DNA of 64,000 nt, taken from Enoplolaimus lenunculus. Its lineage: Eukaryota. Location: NCBI GenBank assembly GCA_030248215.1, contig JASANG010003711.1, forward strand, positions 62,001-126,000, given 5' to 3'. Numbering within the stretch: position 1 is the stretch's first letter; each line of letters starts with the position of its first letter. The notes below the pieces were generated by a model that worked only from the letters and a program-made list of their open reading frames with translations, searched no databases and was not told the origin of the DNA. Shown in pieces: positions 38,237 to 49,856 of the stretch. The position numbers and the translations under genes are program-made.

Positions 38237-39731
38237 AAACTGCGGGGGATTTCGGCTTTCGGGCCGGGTTTTTTAAATTTTCCAACGAAACAAATCGTTG
38301 ACTATTCGCAGATATGGGCGAACGAACCCGACACGATGTTAATTTGATGTCAATTATACGACGGTCAAACAACAAAAAATAACTTTATATCAGGGCATCT
38401 ACGAACAAACGTGATTGATTTCGAGCAAATTACCCAAACTAATCGGAGTGCTTAAGAGTTTACACAAGTGCTTTCAGTCGTAGTTGAAAAACATTACCGT
38501 TAAGTACGAAACAATAACACTGGGCCTAGTATTAAAAAGCGCTGCCTTCTGAAAGCCAGAGACGTATTCTAGGGGAACGAAACAACGGAATATAACCCTC
38601 TCGAAATTTCTGAATTTCAAAAAATGCCTTCATATGAAGTTATACGCTTCTCCGAACTGAAATAGTGACACCCCTGCCGAAAACTCGTAAAAACTGTGTA
38701 CCGTTACGTTGAAGCATAGATCAGAATAATTGCACTTGCATAGGTCATCGTTAAATTCTAGAATGTATAACATTCATGTATCAGAATAACAACTAGCTCC
38801 TAAGCGCAATACAGCTCAATATCGAAGGTTAATAATACAAATATAATGTAATGTAAATATGTGACTCAACAAATAAACATAAAATATACAGCAAAACCCC
38901 TACGGCCTAAACAGTTAATTGAACTTACTCGGCGATCCCAAATCTTCAACGTTTGTATCTTAAAATTTGAACAAAACATACACAATTCTACTCTTACACA
39001 GGACAAATTTTTCAAGTCAGAAATGTCCTTATTTTGGTTTCGCTTGCGACTGTCACAAGTACTTCGATACAACATTTCACACAATATACAAAAATGAATT
39101 AATAAATGTAATTATTTCGCATGCTACCAACGGTACCTAAATTCTGTTCGAAAAATTGATCTCGAATAGTTTAACAAATATAGACAGTTTGAATTGAAAT
39201 GATTCAAGCCGAAAATACATGGCCCAAAACTGACACTTTTATAACTTTTCCCCTTTCCTCATATACTTCGCCTAAGCCTAATAATACTAAGCCAAAGTTG
39301 TTATACTTCTACCAAGATATTAAAATTTCGAAAACGCAGGTCGAAAATGTACCAAAACCAAACGACCGTTTACTGTACTAGGAACTAGTAAAATGAAACC
39401 AATGCATATTAACTAACCTGTCGTAATCTGTTGAGTCTCGACATGCGGCTCACCATCACCTAAAACAAATATAAAAGACGCATAAACGAAGTTGTAGTAG
39501 GGTATTTATTTCAAATGGAACTTATATACACAAATGTGGGCGCACATTCCGCAGAACAATAAAAATCGAATTCATCAACAACCTGTACAATACATAGTAC
39601 GAAACTTAGCCATCAGTGCAATTATGCAATTTGGCAAAATAAATAGCGCATGCATAAAAAAACTGCAAAAGCCGTGTACATAGCTTGAATGTACCGGGAT
39701 ATTGATATAGTTGAAAATTGTTCAAAATTTT

Positions 39732-39964
39732 GGCCCATGTATAGAACAGGGCCGGATCGTTTTCCGGAGAAGATATAATAGAGTCAGTTTAAGCTTTAGA
39801 CTAATATTTTTGCTTAGGCTTAGGCTTAGGAATAGGCTCATCCAAACGCTTAGGCTTAGGCTTAGGAATAGGCTCATCCATACGCTTAGGCTTAGGCTTC
39901 TTCTTAGGCTTAGACTCAGGAATATGCTTATACTAGTGTTCCGGCCCTGTTCTATACATGGGCC
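39732..39964. mobile_element. MITE family B copy with perfect TIRs and an interior of TTAGGC telomere-type repeats
   Basis: ggcccatgtatagaacagggccgga (39732-39756) / tccggccctgttctatacatgggcc (39940-39964), perfect 25 bp; AAAATTTT on both sides; interior (gcttag)n. Confidence 0.9.
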
Positions 39965-40066
39965 AAAATTTTCATCAATGTATTTTATAAACAATCTATG
40001 GTCATTGCTTTATGGTATTATAAACCCAAACATGAAAAAGCATGGATACAAACAGATAATGTATTC

Positions 40067-40436
40067 CAGGGTTGGAACCAGCCCGGTTTTTAGGGCCAGG
40101 GTCCGCCGAATTTGTCGTGAGAAAATATAAACGTTCCCATGCAAAACGTTCAACCGAATAGAAGAAAAACAATTTTAGACCAATGTCAGGTTTTGCGTGC
40201 GTCTGATGTGTATGTACTAAGTGACGGGATCGGGTCAGACCTCAGACATAAATGTGATAAAAATTAACAATTACAATTCCGAATGAATTGATTTTACCAA
40301 CAAACTGTGAGATGTTTTGTCGCAACTGCTGCGATTTATTTCGGCTGGCGGCCCGGTCGCGGCCCGCTGACGCCCGCGGGCCCAAAATGGTAGGTTCGCG
40401 CCCGCTGGGCCTTGGCCCGGGCCTGTTCGAACCCTA
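40067..40436. mobile_element. hAT-like MITE with perfect 8-bp TSD
   Basis: TIR cagggttggaac / gttcgaacccta (10/12); ATGTATTC at 40059-40066 and 40437-40444; GC-rich subtermini. Confidence 0.85.
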
Positions 40437-40906
40437 ATGTATTCGAACCAAATGTGAAATAGAAAAAATTCCAAATGCATGGCCTGGAAATTAAATCTTT
40501 CTGCATAGCCTATTTGTATGAACCGGAAAGTAAACTGAACAAAATCACGCTATCAATGTTACGTCGACAGAACTTGAACAATTTTGAAAAGAGAACCGGA
40601 AGCGGACCTGAGCATTTTTAGAAAAAATCAAAGCCTGGAACCGGCTGCGGAAACTTTCGGCCAAAATACACAGAATACTCTACTTTGAATCTTGTCGTCG
40701 TTCCGACAATTACCGTGCTAAATTTTTGTACTAGCAAAATATATATTTTTCGCGCATCGATAGAAAATTAACAAACCGCCACAATACAGGCACGAAGTAC
40801 AGCTAAATTCAATTTATTTAAAAATTATTAGTAAAAAAAGAATGGACTACAGTTCGGCGAGCTACGTACAAAGCAAAACAAACGGCATTTATATATATGT
40901 ATATGT

Positions 40907-41166
40907 CAGGGTGCAACCGGAATATCAAGAGTTCATTATATAGTATACATAAATCGTGACAATAACCGAAAATAAACCATCGAAGGTATATTTTGATTTC
41001 ACTTCCGTCGATAATGAAAATCTGAAATACAGCAGATAAAGTAAATACCTATCTTCAATAAGGTTATTTCAGCAGTTAATACAGCAAAAAAGACAAAATG
41101 AATTTTTCAGCGGCATGCATCTTTAACTTTCCGGTTCCGGTAAATTGTAATTCTGGTTGCACCCTG
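40907..41166. mobile_element. hAT-like MITE family C copy (CAGGGTGCAACCGG TIR)
   Basis: cagggtgcaaccggaat / attctggttgcaccctg; flanks gtatatgt / gtatatac (6/8); 3' part resembles the 57835 element. Confidence 0.8.
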
Positions 41167-41408
41167 GTATATACATGTATGTATATATATCTAAACCACG
41201 TATAATAAATAACAGCCACTGGACCGTTTAATTGAATCCTTAAATAATACAAAAAAACTAAACAAAACAATAAATACCCCTTACTCACAACAAATAAAAC
41301 CGAACACCAATGCCAATAAATACAGATAAAAGGCAAGTGATACAAAAGACTGTGATGCGCAAGAAGGGCAAAAAGCATCTGTAACCGGATCAACCGCCAG
41401 CACCTTAC

Positions 41409-42716
41409 CCTCAACAACAGTGCGTGTCGTGGTAACGACGCGAGTAACACGCTTTCGCACAATAACATTGCCGTGCTCGTCCAGAAAGCCTTCTTCTTCG
41501 CGTTCTTGTTGCTGCTGAAGCTCAGTTGTTCGTTCGCCGTCGTCAGCGCTGTCGTCTCCTAGAGAATGATTAGTCGAATTCAACTTAGGTACAGTAGCAA
41601 TGCTAGTAGCAGTTGTAGTAGTAGTAGTAGTAGTACTAACAGTAGTATCATCAATGCCAATGGAACCAAATGTTTTAGTCGCACAGTTACTTTCGTCATG
41701 ACCACTGCCATTCACAAGCCGACGTACAGGCTGGATATGGTTGCTCCATCCAAGGTTGGATTCATTTTCGAGACACCGAAGCACAAACGACTGAGCAAAT
41801 GCCAAAGAAGAAAAATAATGACGCGAGTCGTCGATCTCATTAGTAGTAACAATGCCTAATGGATTGAAAAATGTTCGACTTCTACTGGATAGAAACCGCT
41901 TCCTTCTACAACTGCCCAAGCGAGAGCAGTAGTCCTGTTCGAATACTCGAGAATTATGACGATCCCTAGCATCGGTATTATGAAACTCAGGGATTACTCT
42001 GCCTTTGTAAAACGTACTCAACGACAACTTGGGTTTCTTGCAAAGTTGCAGACAATCCCTGTAATTACTGCTTTCTTGATTAATACATATTAAGTGTCCA
42101 CTACATTTGCCGCATGGCATAGCCTCCAAATGCTGTTCATCAGAATAATCTCGTTCCCTGTACAAAGTTAAATTATTCAATTTCATATCTGTATACTCAT
42201 CTACACAACCATTAGTAAAAGCGACAATATTATTTGCACCCAGAGTTCGTTTTAAGCCATTCGACTCGACACTATTCACACCTTCAGCCTGTGGACTGTA
42301 GATAAACTCTGGACAAGTACGTCTACTGCCGATCTCTCCTGCGGTGAATCTCGAGCTCTTTACATGCCGCTTTACAGTCATTCCATCAGATGACCTACGG
42401 GTGCTCCAGCAACAGCGACATTCATGCTTATTCTGTTTTACACAGCTACAATTCTTCCCAGCACACTGAGGCTGCCCTCTTACTACGCTACGTACTTCAT
42501 CTGGGCTTGACAACGGCGACTCAAAACACGAGTCACTGCCTACGCTTAACACTGAACGATGGTGCGACACGCGTGAAGACAAGAGACCCCGACGTTCAGG
42601 AAAGTTATAATGCGAAACCGTTGCGCACCGCCTGCGATCATTAAGACTGTTGCGGCTGTACGACGAATAGAAATATTTCGTTGTAGCAGTTGGGCGGCGA
42701 CTATTGTCCATTAGGC
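41409..42716 (-). CDS. unc-44: Ankyrin-locus exon containing EEEGFLDEHGNVIVRKRVTRVVTTTRT; alternative internal acceptor at 41558 would give a 150-nt form
   Basis: 476-aa ORF. Donor GAG G|GTAAGG (AC 41407-41408). Acceptors ttctgtaAG (42717-42718) and cattctctAG (41559-41560) are both phase 1 and in frame. The motif resembles, from memory, vertebrate ANK1/ANK2 C-terminal obscurin-binding segments ([21 protein letters not shown] / EEEYIDEHGHTVVKKVTRKII). Confidence 0.7.
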
Positions 42717-43088
42717 CTTACAGAATAATGTGCCAATGCCAATAATATTAGTTTACGTCTATAATCACAAATACTGAACGTTAAACTTAGGTTACGCCAA
42801 TATAAATTATAAAATTATTAATTTTTCATCCTATGCTATAAAACTTGTCGTTCAAGCCACAATCAGGGACGTATCCAAGATTGTGCCGGTCACGAGTATT
42901 GTTTTTGCGTTTTGAAATTTTGCAGTTGAGCGAGCGCGTTTAACAAATATTTCAATAGTTTATGTTTCCAAATTGCGTCCAACACAGAAAACTTTGTTGA
43001 AACACTGATGTTTCCCCGTCGTAGTTTATTAGCTACTCGGATAGAAAACATATCATGAGCTTTAGATCCGTCTATTGCGTCGCAAAAT

Positions 43089-43304
43089 ATCGAGCAAAGC
43101 AGGGCTAACGAAGATATCACAATGTTTAGTTTAGCAACAGTTCATAAAATGAAAAATACCATATACCATTTTGACAATGTGTCTGTTTTTGAGATAGCAC
43201 CCAACACCCCCCAATCGAGCAAAGCAGGGCTAACGAAGAGATCACAGTATTTAGTTTAGCAACAAAATGAAAAATACCATATACCATTTTGACAATGTGT
43301 CTGT
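43089..43304. repeat. ~95-bp direct duplication, 125-bp period
   Basis: atcgagcaaagcagggctaacgaaga...gacaatgtgtctgt at 43089 and 43214. Confidence 0.85.
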
Positions 43305-43726
43305 CTCCGATTACACTCTTTTAAAAATCACACAGTTAATTTAAGCACCACGAATTTTATGCTACTGCCATAATGTTAAGTTATACTGCCACATGAACGA
43401 GAAATTATGAAAAAAAAACCAAAAAAACCAACGAAAGACCAGAGAAAGCTAACATATTCCAATAGATTCCATATAGAATATATATTCCTTTCACAGGTTT
43501 AATATCGAAAACCTGTCTAAATAAAGTCTACTTATCTAACAAGCTATTTAATGTGCACAGAAATTATAATAACGAAATGGTATATTCGTAATGGTAATTC
43601 ACGATAATAAACGGAAATGTATTTGTTAAATTCACTGGACAATTTTGATGAAAATCTGTGTTTCCCTTTGCCAACGGCACAATAGTTTACCTTGCGATGA
43701 AACAGATTCCACAATTTTGAGACCTT

Positions 43727-43963
43727 AGCCCGTATTCTCAAATGTGTGTAGCACCTATTATTCCCAGTTGGAGATAGGTCTTGTAACTTTGGAACCAGGA
43801 AATGGTGAGGTTTGAAATTCAGCACATTTATTGCTTTCTCATTTGATCTGCTACTGTGCAATGATTGACATCTGTAATTGCACCAGTTCGTCAATTTGAA
43901 AACCTATCACTAACTGGTGATAGGTGGGTGATAGGTGCTATATGCATTTGAGAATATGGGCCC
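43727..43963. mobile_element. MITE family A copy (unexpanded reference form)
   Basis: gcccgtattctcaaatgtgtgtagcacctat ... ataggtgctatatgcatttgagaatatgggccc inverted termini. Confidence 0.85.
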
Positions 43964-46060
43964 TTGTATACTTGTCTAATTATGGTTATACCGAGCGAGA
44001 GGAGAGGTCCACTAAAATTATCGAAGCCAACTGTCTCCGATGATGAATGATTAAGAAACGAAACGAAATGAACAGGAACGAACCGTTCAACTCAATATAT
44101 ATGGTTGCCGGTTTGAACGTGTAACAGCACAATACCATATCAAAGCATTTTGACCGATAGTAAATTTCAATTCGGGTGATAATGTATATAGCTAACACAG
44201 CCGCTGTAGCCAGCCTAATTGAGATTACGAAAAAGAGTTGAGAAGACAGCGAAACAACGATAAGAATACAAATTGGGCATATAATGCAATGGTATGCTAC
44301 TTTATAAACCAAACGGTAGCTATTAAACTACTGAGCCATTATGAACGAAAGTTCCTGTTCAATGAGATTTGTTCCTCAATCGAATTATACGCGATAAACT
44401 GATTTTGTAGACTTTGATAATTATTATTCTAATATAACGCTGAATCGAAACGGATCACCATTACAATCTTATTATACCTTCAATTGAAATTGGAATTTTA
44501 AACAGAATCTTGCATTCGATTACAACACGATCAAAGCGAAACGGCGTGCGCGAATCACAATACTCAACGGGCCACAGCGCCTGTGCCTCGCAGCGTGACC
44601 GCTTGCAAATTTGTACTGAATTAACTATCTAGATACCTTATCCGGATACAATCCATTAGGCATTGGTTACATATCCAGATGTAAATTCTAGCCAAGATTG
44701 CAACACAAACTCGGATTCAATGTCAAATTTGGCAATGATTGAAGAGTCAGAATCAGAATTATTCGGACTAAAATGAAAATATAAGACCTACATATTGACC
44801 GCTTATACATTATGGTTAATTTCTCGACACTATGCATGCTTCGTACACTTTTTTTTCAAAATTATCCATATAAATATCGAGCAACAAGAGCCGGATATCT
44901 GGATAATTTATTTTATCCCATGTCGATCAGTGCCAGTTACAGTGACAAAACAAAGTACTTAATAATAACTGCTCATCTAGCTGGTTCAACTAAACAACAG
45001 TAACACAGCACGCAAACTATTAGAAATTAACTCTATCAAAGCAAATGTGTCTTATCTGACTTTTCTTTTAAGTGAGTCTATAAACTGGCCAAGAATGTAG
45101 TCACGAATTCATTTCGGGCGGGTATATATACCCTTATTATTACAGTTTGGTGGCGAGTGGTATATACAGAAAAACGTTTATTTTGACCATTACAATCAAG
45201 AAGTTTACTGTAACGCCAGCAAAAGTGTGGTTTTTAACGGTGTCTCCGAAATTTCAAGAGGCGAGATATTTCCCTTATATATGCCCCTATGAAAAATGGT
45301 TAAATTTTGGCACTGCGCTTCAGTTCCGTATTTACTGGCTCGCTCTGCATTTACTGACTGACTCATGCATTCATGAAGTAAGTGTAGGATAGTTAACAAC
45401 AAGGACTCTGCATTATTGATGACGACACGGCACCGCAAATTATTAGTACTGAACACGACAGATTGCAAAAACACAAGCACCGGACGAATTTATTCCAAAT
45501 TCGAATCAATACAAACCGGACACAGCAAACGAAACCGTTCCATACGATCTATTTGGGATACATTGTCAAGCGCAACAGAAATTTACTCATAAATACAAAC
45601 TGAACTCCTGTACCCATGATAAAACCTTGATGTACCCGTTGTAGAGAGAAGACAATAACGACAAAAACAAACAACTGTGTTTATAAATCCAGCGTGTTGT
45701 AAATTAAATACGAGTAACTGTGCGGCTATTATTAAATTTAACTACGCGTAACCAAAAAAATGTCGCAGTCCTGAAGCGTAGCCAGGGACAAATTTCCAGT
45801 TCAGAAATCAAATCCACTTTTGTGATTACGGTCCAATGGCTCTATTTCCAAAATTCTGGCTACGCCCCGTTGCAGTTGTTAAATATGGTCAACAAAAATA
45901 ACGCGCGTACGATGTCCGCCACATCACGATAAAATTAAAAAGTGTAGTAGTAGTAGTAGTAACACTGGTCCGCATGAAACAAAAACAACTACTCTACGTA
46001 TGTGCGTTCTATTGACGCTTATATTAGTGATAGAACAAACAGCATTGAAACTTTAACTTC

Positions 46061-46348
46061 AGAGCCCGTATTCTCAAATGTGTGTAGCACCTATTATTCC
46101 CAGTTGGAGATAGGTCTTGTAACTTTGAACCAGGAAATGGTAAGGTTTGAAATTCAGCACATTTATTACATCAGGTCTTGTAACTTTCGAACCAGGAAAT
46201 GGTGACGTTTGAAATTCAGCATATTTATTGCCATTCGATTTGCTCTACGTATGTGCAAATTTTGAGATCTTCAATTGCAGCAGTTCGTTAGTTTGAAGAC
46301 CTATTACTAACTGGTGATAGCTGCTATAAGCATTTGAGAATATAAGCC
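46061..46348. mobile_element. MITE family A copy with an internal 61-bp tandem duplication
   Basis: 5' half nearly identical to the 43727 copy; aggtcttgtaacttt...gaaattcagca.atttatt at 46112 and 46173. Confidence 0.85.
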
Positions 46349-46739
46349 TTTGTTGCATTCAAATTTAAAACCATTTTCAAATGCATTTTTTTTCTTTAAC
46401 CTAAACGAGAATGCGTACACCAAAGATTATGATATGAACAGTTCTGAACAGTAATTTTTGTTTTTGTATTGTCGCCAAAAGCAAAGAATACTCTTATAGT
46501 AATCAAATCTGTAGGGCTCGATATCAAAAATTTAATAAGTCGAATAGAATACGTGCAGTTATTGTACACTTTCTTTCGGAAAAAAGTTAGTCTACGCCTA
46601 ATCTTGAGCCTATACCTCAAACACCGGGGTGTATACAAGAGCCAAGCGTGGCTACTGGTAACTAAAGCATGTTGAAAATTTATTAAAAACTGATTGTAAA
46701 ACGAAACAAGTGCAATTAATATAGTTTACTTCAACTTAC

Positions 46740-46796
46740 CATGTTTTTTGTCTTCAACAGGCGTTGTCGCTGGGCTGCCGGACGGACTTTCACCAA
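46740..46796 (-). CDS. unc-44: 57-nt micro-exon of the ankyrin locus (xGESPSGSPATTPVEDKKH), too short for the ORF track
   Basis: Acceptor ttttgtgttttAG (CT 46797-46798), perfect donor G|GTAAGT (AC 46738-46739), 19 codons, phase 1-1, GC-rich island. Confidence 0.72.
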
Positions 46797-47104
46797 CTAA
46801 AACACAAAAATAGCAAATATGGCTAATGCATATTGTATTTTGTAACTTTCACACGGGTGGAGTTTGAATCTATGCACTCATTAGCGGCGTGAATGCAAAC
46901 TATGCGCATACAGATGGTCGTCTATCGTACGCCTCGATTTAGCGCAAACAGTTCAAGCTTATTTTAACGTACAAAACTTTTCAAGACAAATTCGTCATTC
47001 ACGTAAATCTCTAGAAACCATCTAACAATTCTACGCTAAAACACCAAATATACCATCAAACACACAAACAGTAGTGTAAGTAATCACAACACATTAGTGA
47101 ACAT

Positions 47105-47196
47105 CAGGATACAACCGGAGGTCTGTCTCCGGCTCCGGCAAGTTTTGTTGACCTCCGGCTGCGGTTTCGACATTTTTCACCTCCGGTTGCACCCTG
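47105..47196. mobile_element. Minimal 92-bp hAT-like MITE family C copy
   Basis: caggatacaaccggagg / cctccggttgcaccctg; flanks gtgaacat / gtaaacat (7/8 TSD). Confidence 0.8.
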
Positions 47197-48201
47197 GTAA
47201 ACATTTAATAAACCATAAGTAAACGCCTTTCAAGTACTATAGCAACAATCAACATGGTTTTACAATTATATATTCGACGGGGATCTAACAAGCATAGCTA
47301 CAATATATACATTCATTACAGACTGCTGCACGCTTCGAAACCGGGCATACACAGATCTTTAACTACATGAAAACCGTTGGAAATGCGCTAGAGACGATCT
47401 TCAAAAAATAGTCGCGTTTTCTGCAAAAATTACACCGCAACGGTTCGCTATCCTCGTAGTAACTCAAAACCCAGTAGTTATAGTAAATACTATGCCGCGG
47501 GTATGGCGGGCATAAATTATAATTAGTTTCTCACAAACGCTGCGCTTTTGTACTGCATCAATCGAATAAACTTCTACACTGACAACGCTTGGCCAGCGGT
47601 GACCGTAGAAATTTCTGATGGGAGCGGCCGCGCGACTAATAATATTGAAACAAGCTCGCGAGCGAGACGCCAAATGCAATCTTTAGAACGAAATGTCATG
47701 AAAAAATTTAGTTTTGATCTCTACGTTGGAGAGCCTATGCTAGGGTGTCACCTTTGCATGGGCTAGTGGTGTGTTCGGTGTATACTGGTGAAGCGAACAT
47801 ATATATTAAAATAAAGCATGCAAACTAAAAAATGCGAGACAACCATGCACACGTAAGCGGCAAGAACAGACAAGGCCATGACTTTAAATTTCGAGAGCAT
47901 AAGCACACGATCACCGTTTCTAATAGTTGCGTAGAGTAACAAACTCAAAATTCGAGCGACGAATTAACTACTATCCAGATATTGGTTAGCTGTAAATAGT
48001 TTCCAATTCTACAACTGCATACGTACAATTTGTATATTACACCACCCTGTTTGCCGAATAAAATTGATGAGTAAAACGCCAATAAATGTGCGCGGTGCGG
48101 TATTTTTCAAACACCCAACCGAAAATTGCATAAGTTGAAGCCGATGGCGTCAATCGCACAGTATATCATAAGCACTGATAGTTGGGCATCTCTACGCTTT
48201 C

Positions 48202-48550
48202 CAGGGTTCAACCGCAATTCCTGCGGCCGGAATTCCTGCAAAGATTCAATTCGTGTTCCTGTTCCTGCATTCAAAGTTGCACGAACAGGAATTTTTAACG
48301 GTTGTGGGGCAAAATGTTTGTAATCATTTAAATATTGGAAATTTGTTAATAAACTGTTTCTGGTGTGTTTTTGCAAAGCTTGATGATGAAATAGCCGAAA
48401 ATTCGCTTAAGCCATTTTTGGGCAAGTTTTCTCAAAAGTCCAACAATAATTCGGTGTTGACAATTATGTCAAATTCCAGTTCCTGTTACGGTTCCTGCAA
48501 AAAAAATTCAATTCCTGCTCCTGCAAAATTTAGTTCCTGTTTGAATCCTA
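48202..48550. mobile_element. hAT-like MITE family D copy (CAGGGTT ends, TTCCTG subterminal repeats)
   Basis: cagggttcaa ... ttgaatccta; interior aligns by eye with 51802-52220. Confidence 0.7.
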
Positions 48551-48747
48551 ATTCTAAACGCAAGTAAGCATGGCGTCTAAGTTATGTCAACATCAAATAA
48601 TTTTGAAAACTATGGGGTGAGGTGAAGTGCACAAGAACCTAAACTTGTTAGCTGAAATTAACTCGAACTGTTAGTAGCTATGAACTACAGATGACAATGA
48701 TAATGCACACTGAGTTCAGTATAGAAAACGTGCTCAAGGATTGCGTA

Positions 48748-49042
48748 TACATGTCGTAGACCAGTGTTCTATTCAGACCAATTAGGCCAACCTGCTATTT
48801 TATGTAAGACCAGTTTGGCCTCGGCTAATCTTCTATCGAACTAACAGACCAATCAGATTTGATTACATAGACAATCGCAATACCATTAATCAACCAAGTG
48901 TTGGTCTTACAACACTGTTGTTTTGCGACATCCCGCAATCGCTATTTGGCCTACGCTAAACTGCTATTTACTTTTAATAGCAGATTGGCATAGGCCAATT
49001 GGTAATTCGCCTGGATAGCAAATTGGCATATCTCGACATATA
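48748..49042. mobile_element. MITE family E copy (TATATGTCG TIR, GGCCAA..TGCTAT subrepeats), opposite orientation to the 62715 copy
   Basis: tacatgtcgtagacca ... tggcatatctcgacatata; repeated ggccaa/tgctatt motifs. Confidence 0.7.
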
Positions 49043-49856
49043 CACTTTACATTTCTGTACCTATGGCAAACTACGCATGTATGCGTTACTCAATATATTT
49101 TTCACATATTCGGCTCAATCTTGTTGGTTTCATCCAAGGGGATATTAAGTTCAGCGAAAATAACAGCGTGTGTATTCTAGTTTCCTGTGGGAGAATCAAA
49201 AAATAGTACTGAATCACTAAACTAAAACTAGTGGTTTCAGCTTATATAAGCCAACAGTGTTAGTAGTAAACGTTTCGTTTGGTTTTACAACAACGATAGT
49301 AAGTTTTGTTATAGTAAGCTCTAATTTGAAAACGACATTTTAATTATTAAAGAGGTAGTAAATTGATTAATTTCAAACGCAAACGTAATAATCACAGTTG
49401 TTCACATCAATGACGGAGACGTGTTACGGTTTCAAAAATCGTTGTTTTTAAATAAAATTCAAATTTTGACGTGGAATGGATAGAGGAGGTCATGAGAAGC
49501 TTAAATATGCAAAAAGTTTCAAAACGGAACCATTTTTAGATAAGCAGCGACTGGAGGCTGCGCATAACTTCGCAACACAATCTGCTATCACACAAATGGT
49601 TAAATGATGTCTGACTTACTGTGGACGAATCAAATACAACTATACTACCGTGTCCCTATGATAAATCTACTACATATTTGTAACAACTGCAACTCCAAAA
49701 CGCCTCCAGGACAGCTGTGCACGATCAACCTGTTGCCCCAAGCTTGTGAGCTAAAGGAACGTCAACAAAACAGCACCTCAAACGTACTACGTCGCTAGCG
49801 CCTGCAGTTACTGAAGGCAGTACAACACAGCAATCGTTTCATTCACAATTCTCTAC

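Noticed and set aside
5963..39972. True telomere or chromosome-fusion site
   Set aside because: TTAGGC tracts are short, degenerate and, where boundaries are visible, enclosed by TIRs rather than forming long pure arrays
39711..40130. LRLRLR / LSLSLS ORFs
   Set aside because: Translation of TTAGGC hexamer repeats in a MITE
43986..44610. Helentron/DINE-like element starting ttataccgagcgagaggagagg
   Set aside because: Only a suggestive 5' motif; no second copy or clear 3' hairpin/subTIR in the window
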